Under the pieces are notes generated by a model. It searched no databases, was not told where the DNA came from, and saw only the letters and a list, made by a program, of their open reading frames with translations. 22,657 nucleotides of DNA. It comes from Candidatus Rokuibacteriota bacterium (GTDB lineage: Bacteria > Methylomirabilota > Methylomirabilia > Rokubacteriales > DASRDR01). The stretch lies in the NCBI GenBank assembly GCA_044866005.1, contig JBIOTN010000202.1, positions 1-22,657 on the forward strand. Reading direction: 5' to 3'. Within the stretch, counting starts at the first letter, position 1. Every line of letters starts with the position of its first letter. Below are positions 1-8,853 of the stretch, in pieces. Made by a program: the position numbers and the translations under genes.

Positions 1-17
1 AGCCGGGCGGCCCCGCC

Positions 18-180
18 GGGCCCTGAACTGGCCGTGACGGTCGGTCCCCATTGACCGTATTCGGGTTGGAACCCCAGCGCCATACGTTGGATGCCGACCC
101 TACGTCGGCTCCCGAGTATCGGTTTGAGTCACAGGCTCGAAGCCGCCGCTCGGGCAGGCTCGCACGGTATGCCGGGAGCC
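18..180 (-). ncRNA. ssrS: 6S-like structured RNA (probable)
   Basis: The minus strand folds by hand into a rod: apical GCCGAC/GUCGGC, then GGA/UCC, AUAC/GUAU, GAGCCU/GGGUUC, a central bubble and a closing CCGUG/CACGG stem. It carries 6S-like words in the usual order (UCGGGAGCC...GGCAUCC...GGUUCCAA...CACGGC). No credible CDS occupies the interval. Confidence 0.55.
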
Positions 181-196
181 GCTCGTCCCCGCCCCT

Positions 197-1153
197 CTAT
201 TTGTAGCGGAAGCCCATGGTGCGGCAGTGGTAGTAGAGCCCGCCGTCCTGCACGATGAGGAAGAGAGCCAGCCCGGGCCCCTCGTTGTGGTGGGAGTGGA
301 GGTCGGTCGGCGGTGTGATCATGACCGCGTGCCGCTCCCAGTCCACGCGCTTGCCGTCGATCAGCGAGTAGCACGCCTCACCGGCGACGACGAGCGTCAC
401 GGCGGCCGCGTTGTGCCGGTGCGCCCGCTGGGCCTCGCCCGGCAGCAGCGAGTTCATCGCGAGCGTGAAGGATGGCGTGGTCGTGCGGCGCGCGTCGAGC
501 GCCGCGTTCCCGAAGTTGACCGACTTCCCCGGCATGCTGCGGCCGCGGGGATCGAGGTGCACCGCGAGCAACCGGCGTCGGATCTCGGCGGCCGGGTAGT
601 GGGCCGCGGCGATCGGCCCGGCCCCCGGCGCCGGCGGCCGGCAGCGCTCGAAGGCGAGGGCCGGCTCGTTGGTGGCGACCCAGAGGACGGCGTCGCGCCC
701 CACCGCCGCGCGATGGCGGGCCGGGCTCCCGCCCGGCAGGGCGAACGCGTCGCCGGCGGCCCAGGCGACGGTCCCCCCCTCCCCGAAGGTCGTCGTCCCC
801 GTCCCGTCGAGGACGTAGTAGAGCTCGGTGCTCGCCACGAAGTCGGTCGGCAGCGTGTCACCCGCCCGAATCCGCGCGTATCGCGCCAGGATGAGCGGCG
901 TGGTGGCGGGGTACTCGAGCTCCAGCAGCGCGCTCAGATCGAGCGGGATCAGGCCCGTCGGCGCCGCCGGGCCGAGCGCCCGGTCGCGCTCGGGGAGGAA
1001 GACGTGAGCCGGGACCGGCGGCCGCTTGATGTCGAAGCCCTCGAGCGAGGAGAGATAGCGGGCGTTCGCGGTGTACGGCGTCGGGGGGCCCTCGCGTGTC
1101 CCGTCGGTCCCGAAAAGTCGCCGCAGCGCGGCCTCGTCCAGGGTCTGGGCCAT
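197..1153 (-). CDS. Bicupin protein, gentisate 1,2-dioxygenase-like
   Basis: C-terminal cupin metal motifs HRHNAAAV and HSHHNEG, plus a degenerate N-terminal cupin. Start moved to ATG 1153 (MAQTLD), which follows the SD CAGGAGG. Confidence 0.8.
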   Translation of the reverse strand: MAQTLDEAALRRLFGTDGTREGPPTPYTANARYLSSLEGFDIKRPPVPAHVFLPERDRALGPAAPTGLIPLDLSALLELEYPATTPLILARYARIRAGDTLPTDFVASTELYYVLDGTGTTTFGEGGTVAWAAGDAFALPGGSPARHRAAVGRDAVLWVATNEPALAFERCRPPAPGAGPIAAAHYPAAEIRRRLLAVHLDPRGRSMPGKSVNFGNAALDARRTTTPSFTLAMNSLLPGEAQRAHRHNAAAVTLVVAGEACYSLIDGKRVDWERHAVMITPPTDLHSHHNEGPGLALFLIVQDGGLYYHCRTMGFRYK

Positions 1154-1184
1154 GGGACGCCTCCTGTCCGGCTGTCTTCGGGGG

Positions 1185-1213
1185 ATGCTAGCGTGCGGCG
1201 CCGCGCGGGTCAA
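1185..1213 (-). promoter_or_regulatory. sigma70-type promoter for the cupin gene
   Basis: TTGACC(1213-1208)-17 nt-TAGCAT(1190-1185), upstream of the SD and ATG 1153. Confidence 0.65.
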
Positions 1214-1266
1214 GCGAGGGGCGGCGCGGGAGGCTCCAGGCCGGCGCCCGGCGTCGAGGGCGCGGC

Positions 1267-1668
1267 GTGACGGAGTCGGACGGGCGCGCCGGCCTGGCGC
1301 GGCCCTGGGTCATCGTGGGCCTCGTGCTGGCCTGCGCGGCCGCGCCCCTTCTCCAGGCCGCGAGCCTCGCCGGTCTGCGGGTCCTGAACTTCGCGCCCGA
1401 GCGGGCCTGGAACTGGGTCGCGTACGGTCTCGGCGCGCCGTACGTCGGCTGGCTCCTCTGGCGGCGTCACCCGCGCGCCCGCTTCGCGGCCTACGTCTTC
1501 CTGAGTCACGAGACGGCGCGTGGCGTCCACTTCCGTCGCGGGGACGCCGTCGCCGTCGCCCTCGCCGGGATCGCGCTGCTCCAGCTCCCGTCGGCGCGGC
1601 GCTGGCTGCCGTCGCTCCGGCCCGCCGACGTCCGGGCTCGGGTGCGCCGCCGCGAAGCAGGACGATGA
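1267..1668 (+). CDS. Hypothetical small membrane protein (133 aa)
   Basis: GTG start 6 nt after GAGGG, with 3-4 hydrophobic segments. It fills the gap between the cupin and methyltransferase genes. Confidence 0.55.
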   Translation: MTESDGRAGLARPWVIVGLVLACAAAPLLQAASLAGLRVLNFAPERAWNWVAYGLGAPYVGWLLWRRHPRARFAAYVFLSHETARGVHFRRGDAVAVALAGIALLQLPSARRWLPSLRPADVRARVRRREAGR

Positions 1669-1825
1669 CGGCGCCGAAGGCCGCGACGTCGAAGAGGCGG
1701 TACGAGAGCACGGCCGCCCAGGAGGCTCGCCAGGTAGACGCCGCGCCCCCCCACGACGGCAAAGAGGGCCACGGCGTGGAGGGCCAGACCGGCGGCCTGC
1801 CGGCGCGTCGGCCTCGACCCGCGCG

Positions 1826-2866
1826 TCACCGTTTGTATCCGACGATCGCCCCGTTCGCGCCCGCTGCCTCGAACCACACGGTCCGGACGTCGCGGAACCC
1901 GGCCTCCGCCAGCCAGGCGCCATACTCCGCCGGCGTGTAGTTCCGCCCCTCGGTCTCGATGAGCATGTTGAGGCTCATGAGCGCCGCCGACGCGGGGCCG
2001 GTCTTCTCGTCGTTGACGAGCAGCTCGCTGACGATCACCGCCCCGCCGCGCGGCAGCGCGGCGTGCGCCTTCCGCACGATCGCCCGGTTCTTCGTCTCGC
2101 TCCAGTCGTGGAGGATCATCGAGAGCAGGATCGCGTCGTGCCCGGCGGGGAACGCCGCGTCCGCGAAGAAGTCGCCGCCCACGGTGGCGATGCGGTCGGC
2201 GAGCCCGGCCCTGGCGATCTTGTCCGCCGCGATCTTGGTCACGAACGGCAGGTCGTACACCGTGGCGCCGAGATGCGGGTAGCGGCGGCACAGCTCGATG
2301 TCGTACGCCCCCGACCCGCCGCCCACGTCGAGCAGCCGCCGGAAGCCGGTGAAGTCGATCGCCTCGCCGAGCGCGCGCGCGGTGAAGGTGGAGAGCGAGT
2401 GCATGGCCTCCCAGAAGAGCGCGAGCATGGCCGGGTCCTCGCCCTCGAACAGCGACTTCTGCTCGTCGGGATTCCAGGTCGTCGGGCGGTTGGTCCGGAT
2501 GGCGTCCGTCAGCCTGCCCCAGCCGGGGTAGAGCCGCTTGTCGGCCATCTGGACGAAGCCGCCGAAATAGTAGGGCGTGCCGCGGACGAGGAACGCCTCG
2601 GCCAGCGGCGTGTTGAGGTACCGGCCGTCCCGTTTCTCCAGCAGGCCCAGCGCGGCGCACGCGGTGAGCAGCATCTCGGCCGGTCGCCCGGCGATCCCCA
2701 GGGCGCGGCTCAGCTCCTCGGGGGTGGTGCCCCTGGCGCCCGACAGCCGGGTGAAGAGGTCGAGCTCGTGGGCGGCCGCCAGGGTCTTGAACGCCCAGAA
2801 CGCCGTCGAGAGCTGCATCAGCGGGACGGGGGAAGGGGTGTCGTGCGGTTGCGATCCGGGTGGCAT
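1826..2866 (-). CDS. SAM-dependent O-methyltransferase (dimerisation domain + Methyltransf_2; ASMT/CrtF-like)
   Basis: LDVGGGSG, DLP, GGDFF and ILHDW motifs plus an N-terminal wHTH dimerisation region. Start is ATG 2866 after the SD GGAGGT. Confidence 0.9.
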   Translation of the reverse strand: MPPGSQPHDTPSPVPLMQLSTAFWAFKTLAAAHELDLFTRLSGARGTTPEELSRALGIAGRPAEMLLTACAALGLLEKRDGRYLNTPLAEAFLVRGTPYYFGGFVQMADKRLYPGWGRLTDAIRTNRPTTWNPDEQKSLFEGEDPAMLALFWEAMHSLSTFTARALGEAIDFTGFRRLLDVGGGSGAYDIELCRRYPHLGATVYDLPFVTKIAADKIARAGLADRIATVGGDFFADAAFPAGHDAILLSMILHDWSETKNRAIVRKAHAALPRGGAVIVSELLVNDEKTGPASAALMSLNMLIETEGRNYTPAEYGAWLAEAGFRDVRTVWFEAAGANGAIVGYKR

Positions 2867-2908
2867 GTCAGCACCTCCGCGCGCCGGCGGGCCGGCGGGC
2901 TGCCCGGG

Positions 2909-2937
2909 AGTGTAGAGAGGCGCGGCGGGACCGTCAA
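2909..2937 (-). promoter_or_regulatory. sigma70-type promoter for the methyltransferase
   Basis: TTGACG(2937-2932)-17 nt-TACACT(2914-2909). Confidence 0.65.
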
Positions 2938-3014
2938 GGCCTTGCCGGGTCTTGCCGGGTCCCGGCACGCCCGCGCGTGGGATACTGGACTGAGGAGGTC
3001 GAGCCGCGGGTTCC

Positions 3015-4103
3015 ATGGTCATGGACGAGCCAGAGCGCCACTCCCGGGACGAGACTCGCGCTCGCCCCGCGTCGGGACCGGAAGCGAGGGTGCCCACACC
3101 GGAGCGGATCGAGTCGGCGCCCCACAACCTCTACCGCTACATCTGGCGGATCAGCGGCCGCCGCCAGGTCTGGCTGGTTCTCCTCTCCAGCGTGGTGTTC
3201 CCGCTCACCATGGTGCCGCTGGAACTCCAGCGGCGGATCGTGAATCGCGCCATCGGCCACTCCGATCTTCACCTGCTGTGGCTGCTCTCGCTCGTGTACA
3301 TCGCGGTCGTCCTCTCGCAGGGCGGGCTCAAGTACGTGATGAACATCTACCGGGAGGTGATCAGCGAGCGCGCGATCCGGACCCTGCGCCGGCAGATCTA
3401 TCACGCCCTCCAGGACGGTCGGGACGTCGGACCGGAGCTGCCGACCCACGCGCCCACGGGCTCGCAGGTCTCGGTCGTGGTGGCCGAGGTGGAGCCGCTC
3501 GGCGGGTTCGTGGGCGAGAGCATCTCCGTGCCCCTGGTGCAGGCGGGGGCGCTCCTGAGCGTCCTCGGCTACATGCTGTGGGTCGAGCCGCGGATCGCCG
3601 CGGCGGCCCTCGCGCTCTACTCGCCGCAGCTCTACCTGGTGCCCAGGATCCAGACCGCGATCAATCGGCGCGTCCAGCGGCGGATCGTGCTGGTGCGGGA
3701 GCTGGGGCAGCAGATCGTCGAGGACGCCCACGAGCCGCAGAGCGCGGACCGGCGCCGGCCAGAATACGACCGGCGGATCCACGACATCTATCGCCAGCGG
3801 GTGCGGATCGCGTATCTGAGCTACGCCGTGACGTTCGTGAACAACCTGCTGGACCACTCGGGGACCATCACCGTGCTGATGATCGGCGGCTGGCTGGCCA
3901 TTCACGGGCGCACCGATCTCGGGACGATCGTGGCGTTCGTCTCCGGGTTCGAGAAGATCTCCGAGCCGTGGCGGGAGCTGGTGTCGTTCTATCGGCGCGC
4001 GTCGGACGCCCGGATCAAGTATCGACTCGTCCGCGACTTTCTCGGGCCCTTCCTGATGGAGCGCGACGGGCGGCAGCCCCGGGCGCGGGAGGCGGCGGCG
4101 TGA
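3015..4103 (+). CDS. ABC exporter transmembrane-domain-only protein
   Basis: About 6 TM helices with ABC_membrane features (LYRYIWR, LRRQIY, TDLGTIVAF). No Walker A/B or LSGGQ motif. Start may be 3015 or 3021. Confidence 0.8.
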   Translation: MVMDEPERHSRDETRARPASGPEARVPTPERIESAPHNLYRYIWRISGRRQVWLVLLSSVVFPLTMVPLELQRRIVNRAIGHSDLHLLWLLSLVYIAVVLSQGGLKYVMNIYREVISERAIRTLRRQIYHALQDGRDVGPELPTHAPTGSQVSVVVAEVEPLGGFVGESISVPLVQAGALLSVLGYMLWVEPRIAAAALALYSPQLYLVPRIQTAINRRVQRRIVLVRELGQQIVEDAHEPQSADRRRPEYDRRIHDIYRQRVRIAYLSYAVTFVNNLLDHSGTITVLMIGGWLAIHGRTDLGTIVAFVSGFEKISEPWRELVSFYRRASDARIKYRLVRDFLGPFLMERDGRQPRAREAAA

Positions 4104-4975
4104 GCAGCCCGGCTCCCACGCCAGTCGCCCCGCGGTCCGATCGGCTCGCCAGGGGCCCTGTGAGGGGCGGACGCCGGCCGGGTCCAGGCGCCGGGCGGGT
4201 GACCGCGATGGTCCCGCTCGCGGTCGCCCTCTCGCTGCTCCCGTGGGTCGGCGTGCTGGAGGCCGCTCCGGTCAAGGTCCGGCTGTCCGAGGGCAACAGT
4301 CGCGGCTTTCTCGTCCTCCGCTCGCTCGAAGGGGAGGCGATCGCCTCCGGCGAATCCCGGCAGAAGCCCCTCGGCGGCCTGATCGAGAACCGCCTGATCC
4401 TGACCTTCAAGGACGGATCACTCCGGGATGAAACGGCCACCTTCTCGCAGAAAGACGTCTTCCGGCTAGAGAGCTACCGGCTCGTGCAGCGGGGCGCCTC
4501 GTTCCCGACGACGGAGGTGTCGTTCGACCGCAAGAGCGGGCACTACCAGGCGGTGACCCAGGAGAAGAAGGACGACGAGGAGAAGCGGTCGAGCGGGCCG
4601 CTCGAGATGCCGGCCGATCTGTACAACGGGATGGCGCTCACCCTGTTGAAGAACCTGGCGCCCGGCGCCAGCGCCACCGTGCAGGTCGCGGCCTTCACGC
4701 CAAAGCCACGCTTGCTCAACATGACGCTGAGTCCCGTGGGGGAGGAGACGGTCTTCGTCGCCGGGCACGCCAAGAAGGTCACGCGCTATCTCGTGAAGCT
4801 GGAGATCGGCGGCCTGACCGGCGTCGTGGCCTCGGTGATCGGGAAGGAGCCGCCGGAATCGCGGTACTGGCTCGTCGCCGGCGAGGTCCCGGCCTTCGCG
4901 AGGTTTCAAGGCGCGATGTTCCTGAACGGGCCGGTCTGGCGGCTCGATCAGGTCATGGTGGAGTGGCCGCGCTGA
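4100..4975 (+). CDS. Conserved hypothetical secreted beta-rich protein
   Basis: The real coding part of the 1520..4975 ORF. GTG 4100 overlaps the upstream stop (GTGA) and follows GGGAGG; ATG 4208 is an alternative start. It has a signal-peptide-like segment (VPLAVALSLLPWVGVLEA-A) and typical codon usage. Confidence 0.75.
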   Translation: MSSPAPTPVAPRSDRLARGPVRGGRRPGPGAGRVTAMVPLAVALSLLPWVGVLEAAPVKVRLSEGNSRGFLVLRSLEGEAIASGESRQKPLGGLIENRLILTFKDGSLRDETATFSQKDVFRLESYRLVQRGASFPTTEVSFDRKSGHYQAVTQEKKDDEEKRSSGPLEMPADLYNGMALTLLKNLAPGASATVQVAAFTPKPRLLNMTLSPVGEETVFVAGHAKKVTRYLVKLEIGGLTGVVASVIGKEPPESRYWLVAGEVPAFARFQGAMFLNGPVWRLDQVMVEWPR

Positions 4976-4994
4976 GGTCTCGCCGGCGCCGGCG

Positions 4995-6146
4995 CTATCC
5001 GCCGGTGGCGACCCCGCGGATCTCGAGGTCGTCGAAGGCGGTGATCGAGTCGGCCTTGGTCCACAGGCCGACCTGACCGGCCCGATACCGGCCGTCGCGG
5101 TGATCGAGCAGGAGCCTGCCGTCGAGGTAGGCCTGAATGCGGTCGCCGACCGCCACGACGCGCAGGGCATGCCAGCGTCCCAGCACGGGCGGCGCCGTCC
5201 GGGCCGAGGCGAGCTGGTGACGGCCGCGGTCGTAGTAGTAGAGGCGGAAGTTGCCCTCCAGGGCGTTGGCGCGGACGACGTAGTAGCGTCCCTCGTGGAA
5301 GCGGAAGACGATCCCGCCCGAGGCGTCCTGCCGCCCCGAGATCGGCTGGAAGCGGACAGAGGCGTCGACGTCCGTGTACGGCCCACCGGGCGCGACGATC
5401 ACGTTGAACTCGCTCGCCACCGCCCGCTGGACGAGCACGCGCTGCCCGCTCGGCGCTCCGCTCATCGGCTCGACGCTCCACCGCCCCCCGACCACCTTCC
5501 AGCCCCCGATGCCCTGCTGCTCGAAGTCGAACCGCGCGGGCGGCAGCCCTGCCGGGAGCTCGAGCGGCGCGGCCGTGGCCGTGCCGGGTGAAAGCCCGAT
5601 CCAGGGCCGGTCCGGCCGGCCCGGCCGCGAGGGCAGCCCGGCCATGGCGCCGATCAGGCCGAGCAGGACGACCCCGAGCCCCAGGCGGCGCGCGCCGGTC
5701 GCTCGCACGGTCACGCCGCCGTCACCTCTCGCGCCCGGACCCCGCGCCGACTCGCACTCCGCCAGCAGCCCTGGCAGGCGCGCCACGATGCGGTCGCGGG
5801 CCAGCTGGAAATCCTGACTCACCGCGGGGATGTCGTCCCAGCGGTGGATGGGAAGATCGGGTGGCGCCAGCCCGCCGAGGTCGCACCCGAAGGCGACGGC
5901 GCGCGACGCCCGGGCCAGCGCCTGGCGCGTGGCCGCGCGGGGACGCCGGCTGCGGACGTCGATGCCGTCGGCGAGGAGCCCGCTCACCACGGCGGCCGGA
6001 ATCTCCGCGTCCGGCTCGATACCGGCCGACAGGCCGTCGATGGCGAGGCCGCGCGCCCGGGCGAGCCGCGCGAAGTGCTCCGCCGCGATCACGCTCTTTG
6101 CGGAGCCGTGCGGGCACACGAAGACGACGGTGGCGGTGGCTCCCAT
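4995..6146 (-). CDS. ArsC/LMW-PTP-like domain fused in frame, via a hydrophobic segment, to a DUF1080 (ConA-like) domain
   Basis: N-terminal FVCPHGSAKS P-loop variant, SAGIEP, FGCD and WDDIP...ARDRI. C-terminal SGGIVFR, YYVVRANALE, WHALRV and GQVGLW...FDD. An internal SD (GAGGTGA) precedes an in-frame GTG at 5714. Confidence 0.75.
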   Translation of the reverse strand: MGATATVVFVCPHGSAKSVIAAEHFARLARARGLAIDGLSAGIEPDAEIPAAVVSGLLADGIDVRSRRPRAATRQALARASRAVAFGCDLGGLAPPDLPIHRWDDIPAVSQDFQLARDRIVARLPGLLAECESARGPGARGDGGVTVRATGARRLGLGVVLLGLIGAMAGLPSRPGRPDRPWIGLSPGTATAAPLELPAGLPPARFDFEQQGIGGWKVVGGRWSVEPMSGAPSGQRVLVQRAVASEFNVIVAPGGPYTDVDASVRFQPISGRQDASGGIVFRFHEGRYYVVRANALEGNFRLYYYDRGRHQLASARTAPPVLGRWHALRVVAVGDRIQAYLDGRLLLDHRDGRYRAGQVGLWTKADSITAFDDLEIRGVATGG

Positions 6147-6162
6147 GGCGGGTCCTCTTATC

Positions 6163-7095
6163 TCATCTGGATGTCCTGGGGCTGTTGGTGCGATCCAGGG
6201 CGGCTCGCAGGCCCCGCGCCAGCACCACGGGGTCGTCGTGGGCCCAGAAGTGCATGTAGAAGAGGCGGGGCTGGTCCGCCAGGCCGTGATTGTGGAGCGC
6301 CGTCACCTGGATACCGTGCGCGCGCAGCTCGCGCGCGACGGCGTTCACCTCGCTCGCCACGAGGACGAAGTCCCCCGTGCTGGCCGCTCTGCCGTCCCCG
6401 GTCGCCTGGAAGTTGAACGGCATCCCGACGCCCATCGCCGGGGGCAGCGCCTCGCCGGCCTCGGTGATCGTCTCCCCGCGCGGGACGGTGACCTGGAAAA
6501 CCGTCGGGCTCAGCATCTTTCCCGCCCGACCCAGAATGCTTTCGATCTGCCTGGTGTCGAGGGCTCCCGGGCTCCCGGCCGGCGGCCCCGCGACGGTCGT
6601 CGTTCCGAGCGGCGTCCCGCTCGCCGCGAGCGCCGTCCGCAGAGCGGTCGCCATCCGCACCGCGTCCCCGTGACCCGCGTAGTGCAGGTACATGACGTGG
6701 GGCGACATCCCGTTCAGGTGGTTGTGGAGCGCCGTCACCGACAGGCCGCCCTGCAAGAGGCCGGTCATGACCGGGGTCACCTCGTCGTCGCGCAGCACGA
6801 GATCGCCCATCACCATGGCGCCGTCGGCCGTCGGCTTGAAGGCCGCATAGGAGCCCAGCGCGAAGGCCGGCTCCACCGGGATGCCTTCGACCGTGACCTT
6901 CAGATCCGTCCGGGGAAAGCCGACCCGGAAGACCCCGCCGTCCTGCTGCTGGCCATCCTTGCCCAGGGCCTGCGCGACGGCCTTCCAGTCCGGCGCCGCG
7001 GCGCCGAGCCCGGTGGAGGCGGGCATCAGCCCGGCCCCCGCGACGAGGCACGCGGTGAGCGGGAGGGTCCACGGATTCCGGATTCGACGACTCAT
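6163..7095 (-). CDS. DUF1259 (LppY/LpqO-like) tandem-domain secreted protein
   Basis: Signal peptide, two repeats of GD.VL...EV..V...VTALHNH...YxH, and the SD AAGGAGG. Confidence 0.88.
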   Translation of the reverse strand: MSRRIRNPWTLPLTACLVAGAGLMPASTGLGAAAPDWKAVAQALGKDGQQQDGGVFRVGFPRTDLKVTVEGIPVEPAFALGSYAAFKPTADGAMVMGDLVLRDDEVTPVMTGLLQGGLSVTALHNHLNGMSPHVMYLHYAGHGDAVRMATALRTALAASGTPLGTTTVAGPPAGSPGALDTRQIESILGRAGKMLSPTVFQVTVPRGETITEAGEALPPAMGVGMPFNFQATGDGRAASTGDFVLVASEVNAVARELRAHGIQVTALHNHGLADQPRLFYMHFWAHDDPVVLARGLRAALDRTNSPRTSR

Positions 7096-7137
7096 CGACA
7101 GCCTCCTTCGTATCCCTCCCCGGGGTGGTCTGCCTCT

Positions 7138-7572
7138 CTAGCGAGCCGTCCGATCCCGCGCCCGGCAATAGGCGTACAGGGCGTCGTAGACGGGCAGCTC
7201 CTTGGCCAAGAGCTCGTGATCGTCCTCCTGCGCGAGGCGAAACCCTTCGGCGATCGCCTCGAGCCCTCGGGATTCCGGTGTCAGGTCCTTGGCCGCCGTG
7301 TCGGCGCCGCGCACGATGAGCGCGAGCTCTCGCAGCGCCGGATCGGCCAGCCGGTACTTGCGGATGATGGCGTCGAACGTGCACTCGGCGCCGTGGTGCC
7401 CGAGCTCGGCGTCCGGGACGTCGAACGGCACGGCGCCCTCCCGCGCCGCCACCTCGGCGACCTTGTCGGCGGGCACGTAGAGGAACTCGGCGTCGGGGTC
7501 CACGAAGCGCCGGATGAGCCAGGGGCAGGCCACGCGGTCGACCTTGGGGCGCGCACGGGTCACCCACTTCAT
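7138..7572 (-). CDS. ChrB C-terminal-domain-only chromate resistance protein (ChrF-like)
   Basis: MKWVTRARPKVDRVACPWLIRRFVD...HHGAECTFD. The ATG overlaps the MFS stop (ATGA) and follows the SD GAGGAGG. Confidence 0.9.
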   Translation of the reverse strand: MKWVTRARPKVDRVACPWLIRRFVDPDAEFLYVPADKVAEVAAREGAVPFDVPDAELGHHGAECTFDAIIRKYRLADPALRELALIVRGADTAAKDLTPESRGLEAIAEGFRLAQEDDHELLAKELPVYDALYAYCRARDRTAR

Positions 7573-8849
7573 GTCTTTGCCTCCTCCTCGTCGATCGGCG
7601 GCGCGACGGCCGAAACCCGGCAGCCGCGCTCCTCGGGCGGTTGGAGCCCGCGGAAGAACGCGAGCAGCGAGAGGTCGTAGGCGATCTTCAGGCCGCCCGC
7701 CACCAGGAACGGCAGCCCGAGCGCGGGGCTGGCCAGGGTGGCGCCCGCGAAGGCGGGCGCGGCGGCGGCCGCGACGTTGCGGGCGACGGCGGTGAGGCCG
7801 GCGGCGGCCGCGCGCTCGGCCGGCGAGACGACCGCCATCGTGTAGGACTGTCGCGTCGGCACGTCCATCTGGGAGAGGAGGTGCCGGCCGAGCAGCATCG
7901 CCACTGCGAGCGGCAGCGTCGGCATCGCGGGGACCAGCAGGAGCATGACGTTCGAGGGCAGGTGCGTGAAGACCATGGTATTGAGCAAGCCGATCTTCCG
8001 GGCGATCGGCGCCGCGGCCAGGAACGAGAGGGCTGCCAGCAGATTCGTCCCGAAAAAGATGCCGGCCAGCGCGGCCAGCTCGACCCCGTAGCGGAGATAG
8101 AACCAGTAGGCCACCAGCCCCTGGACGACGAATCCGCCGGCGAACGAGTCGATCGCGAAGAGCGCGGCGAGCTTCGCGACGACCCGTCGCGAGCCCGAGA
8201 CCCCGAGCCACCCCCGACGCCCGTCCGCCAGCCCCGGCTCGACCTCGACGCGGGGGCTCAGGGCGGCGAACAGGAAGGCCAGCGCCAGGCCGGTCGCCGC
8301 GTAGGTCCAGAACAAGGCCCGGTAGCCGTTGGAGGGCGCGAGTCCGGCCAGGGCCGGGAGCCCCACGACCAGCGCCCCCAGCGCCGTCGCGACCGAGCCC
8401 ACCAGGTTGTAGGCGGCGAAGACGCTCGTCCGATGCGCGTCGGTCGTGGTGTTGGGAATCATGGCCTGCTCGACAGCGAGGAAGGGCCCGACGTCCTTTC
8501 CGGACGGGGTCAGTGTCCCGAAGATCGCGGCGAGGAGCAGCCACGCCGGATGCTCCGTCGACGCGAAGACCGCCCCGGACAGCGCCATGAGGACGGCGCC
8601 CGTGACCTGGACGCGGCGGCGGCCGACCCGGTCCGCGACCGCGGTCAACCCGATGGTGATGAGCGCGCCGCCCGCGAGCATCGCGGTGAACACCCAGCCG
8701 ATGGCGGCCGGACCGAGCCCCAGGGAGGCGAGGTAGGGCCCCAGGATGACGGAGACGAACCCGTACGCCACGTTCCGGAGCCCGGTCGTGGCAAAGAGGA
8801 GCCAGCCGTCCCGGGTCAATCCGTGGACCCAGCCCGCGCCCTCGCTCAT
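7569..8849 (-). CDS. MFS transporter
   Basis: About 12 TM helices, motif A-like ADRVGRRR, and FTHLPSN / SQMDVPTRQSY segments. Confidence 0.9.
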   Translation of the reverse strand: MSEGAGWVHGLTRDGWLLFATTGLRNVAYGFVSVILGPYLASLGLGPAAIGWVFTAMLAGGALITIGLTAVADRVGRRRVQVTGAVLMALSGAVFASTEHPAWLLLAAIFGTLTPSGKDVGPFLAVEQAMIPNTTTDAHRTSVFAAYNLVGSVATALGALVVGLPALAGLAPSNGYRALFWTYAATGLALAFLFAALSPRVEVEPGLADGRRGWLGVSGSRRVVAKLAALFAIDSFAGGFVVQGLVAYWFYLRYGVELAALAGIFFGTNLLAALSFLAAAPIARKIGLLNTMVFTHLPSNVMLLLVPAMPTLPLAVAMLLGRHLLSQMDVPTRQSYTMAVVSPAERAAAAGLTAVARNVAAAAAPAFAGATLASPALGLPFLVAGGLKIAYDLSLLAFFRGLQPPEERGCRVSAVAPPIDEEEAKT

Positions 8850-8853
8850 CGAC

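Noticed and set aside
1640..1800. Minus-strand hydrophobic stretch (AAGLALHAVALFAVVGG / SYRLFDVAAFGAVIVLL) across a G7 run, possible phase variation
   Set aside because: It has no start, SD or recognisable family. It could be a gene relic, but that cannot be supported.
1520..4099. The 1151-aa ORF 1520..4975 as one giant protein
   Set aside because: The upstream part is Arg/Gly/Pro-rich shadow sequence over the methyltransferase and ABC genes. Only 4100/4208-4975 looks like real protein.
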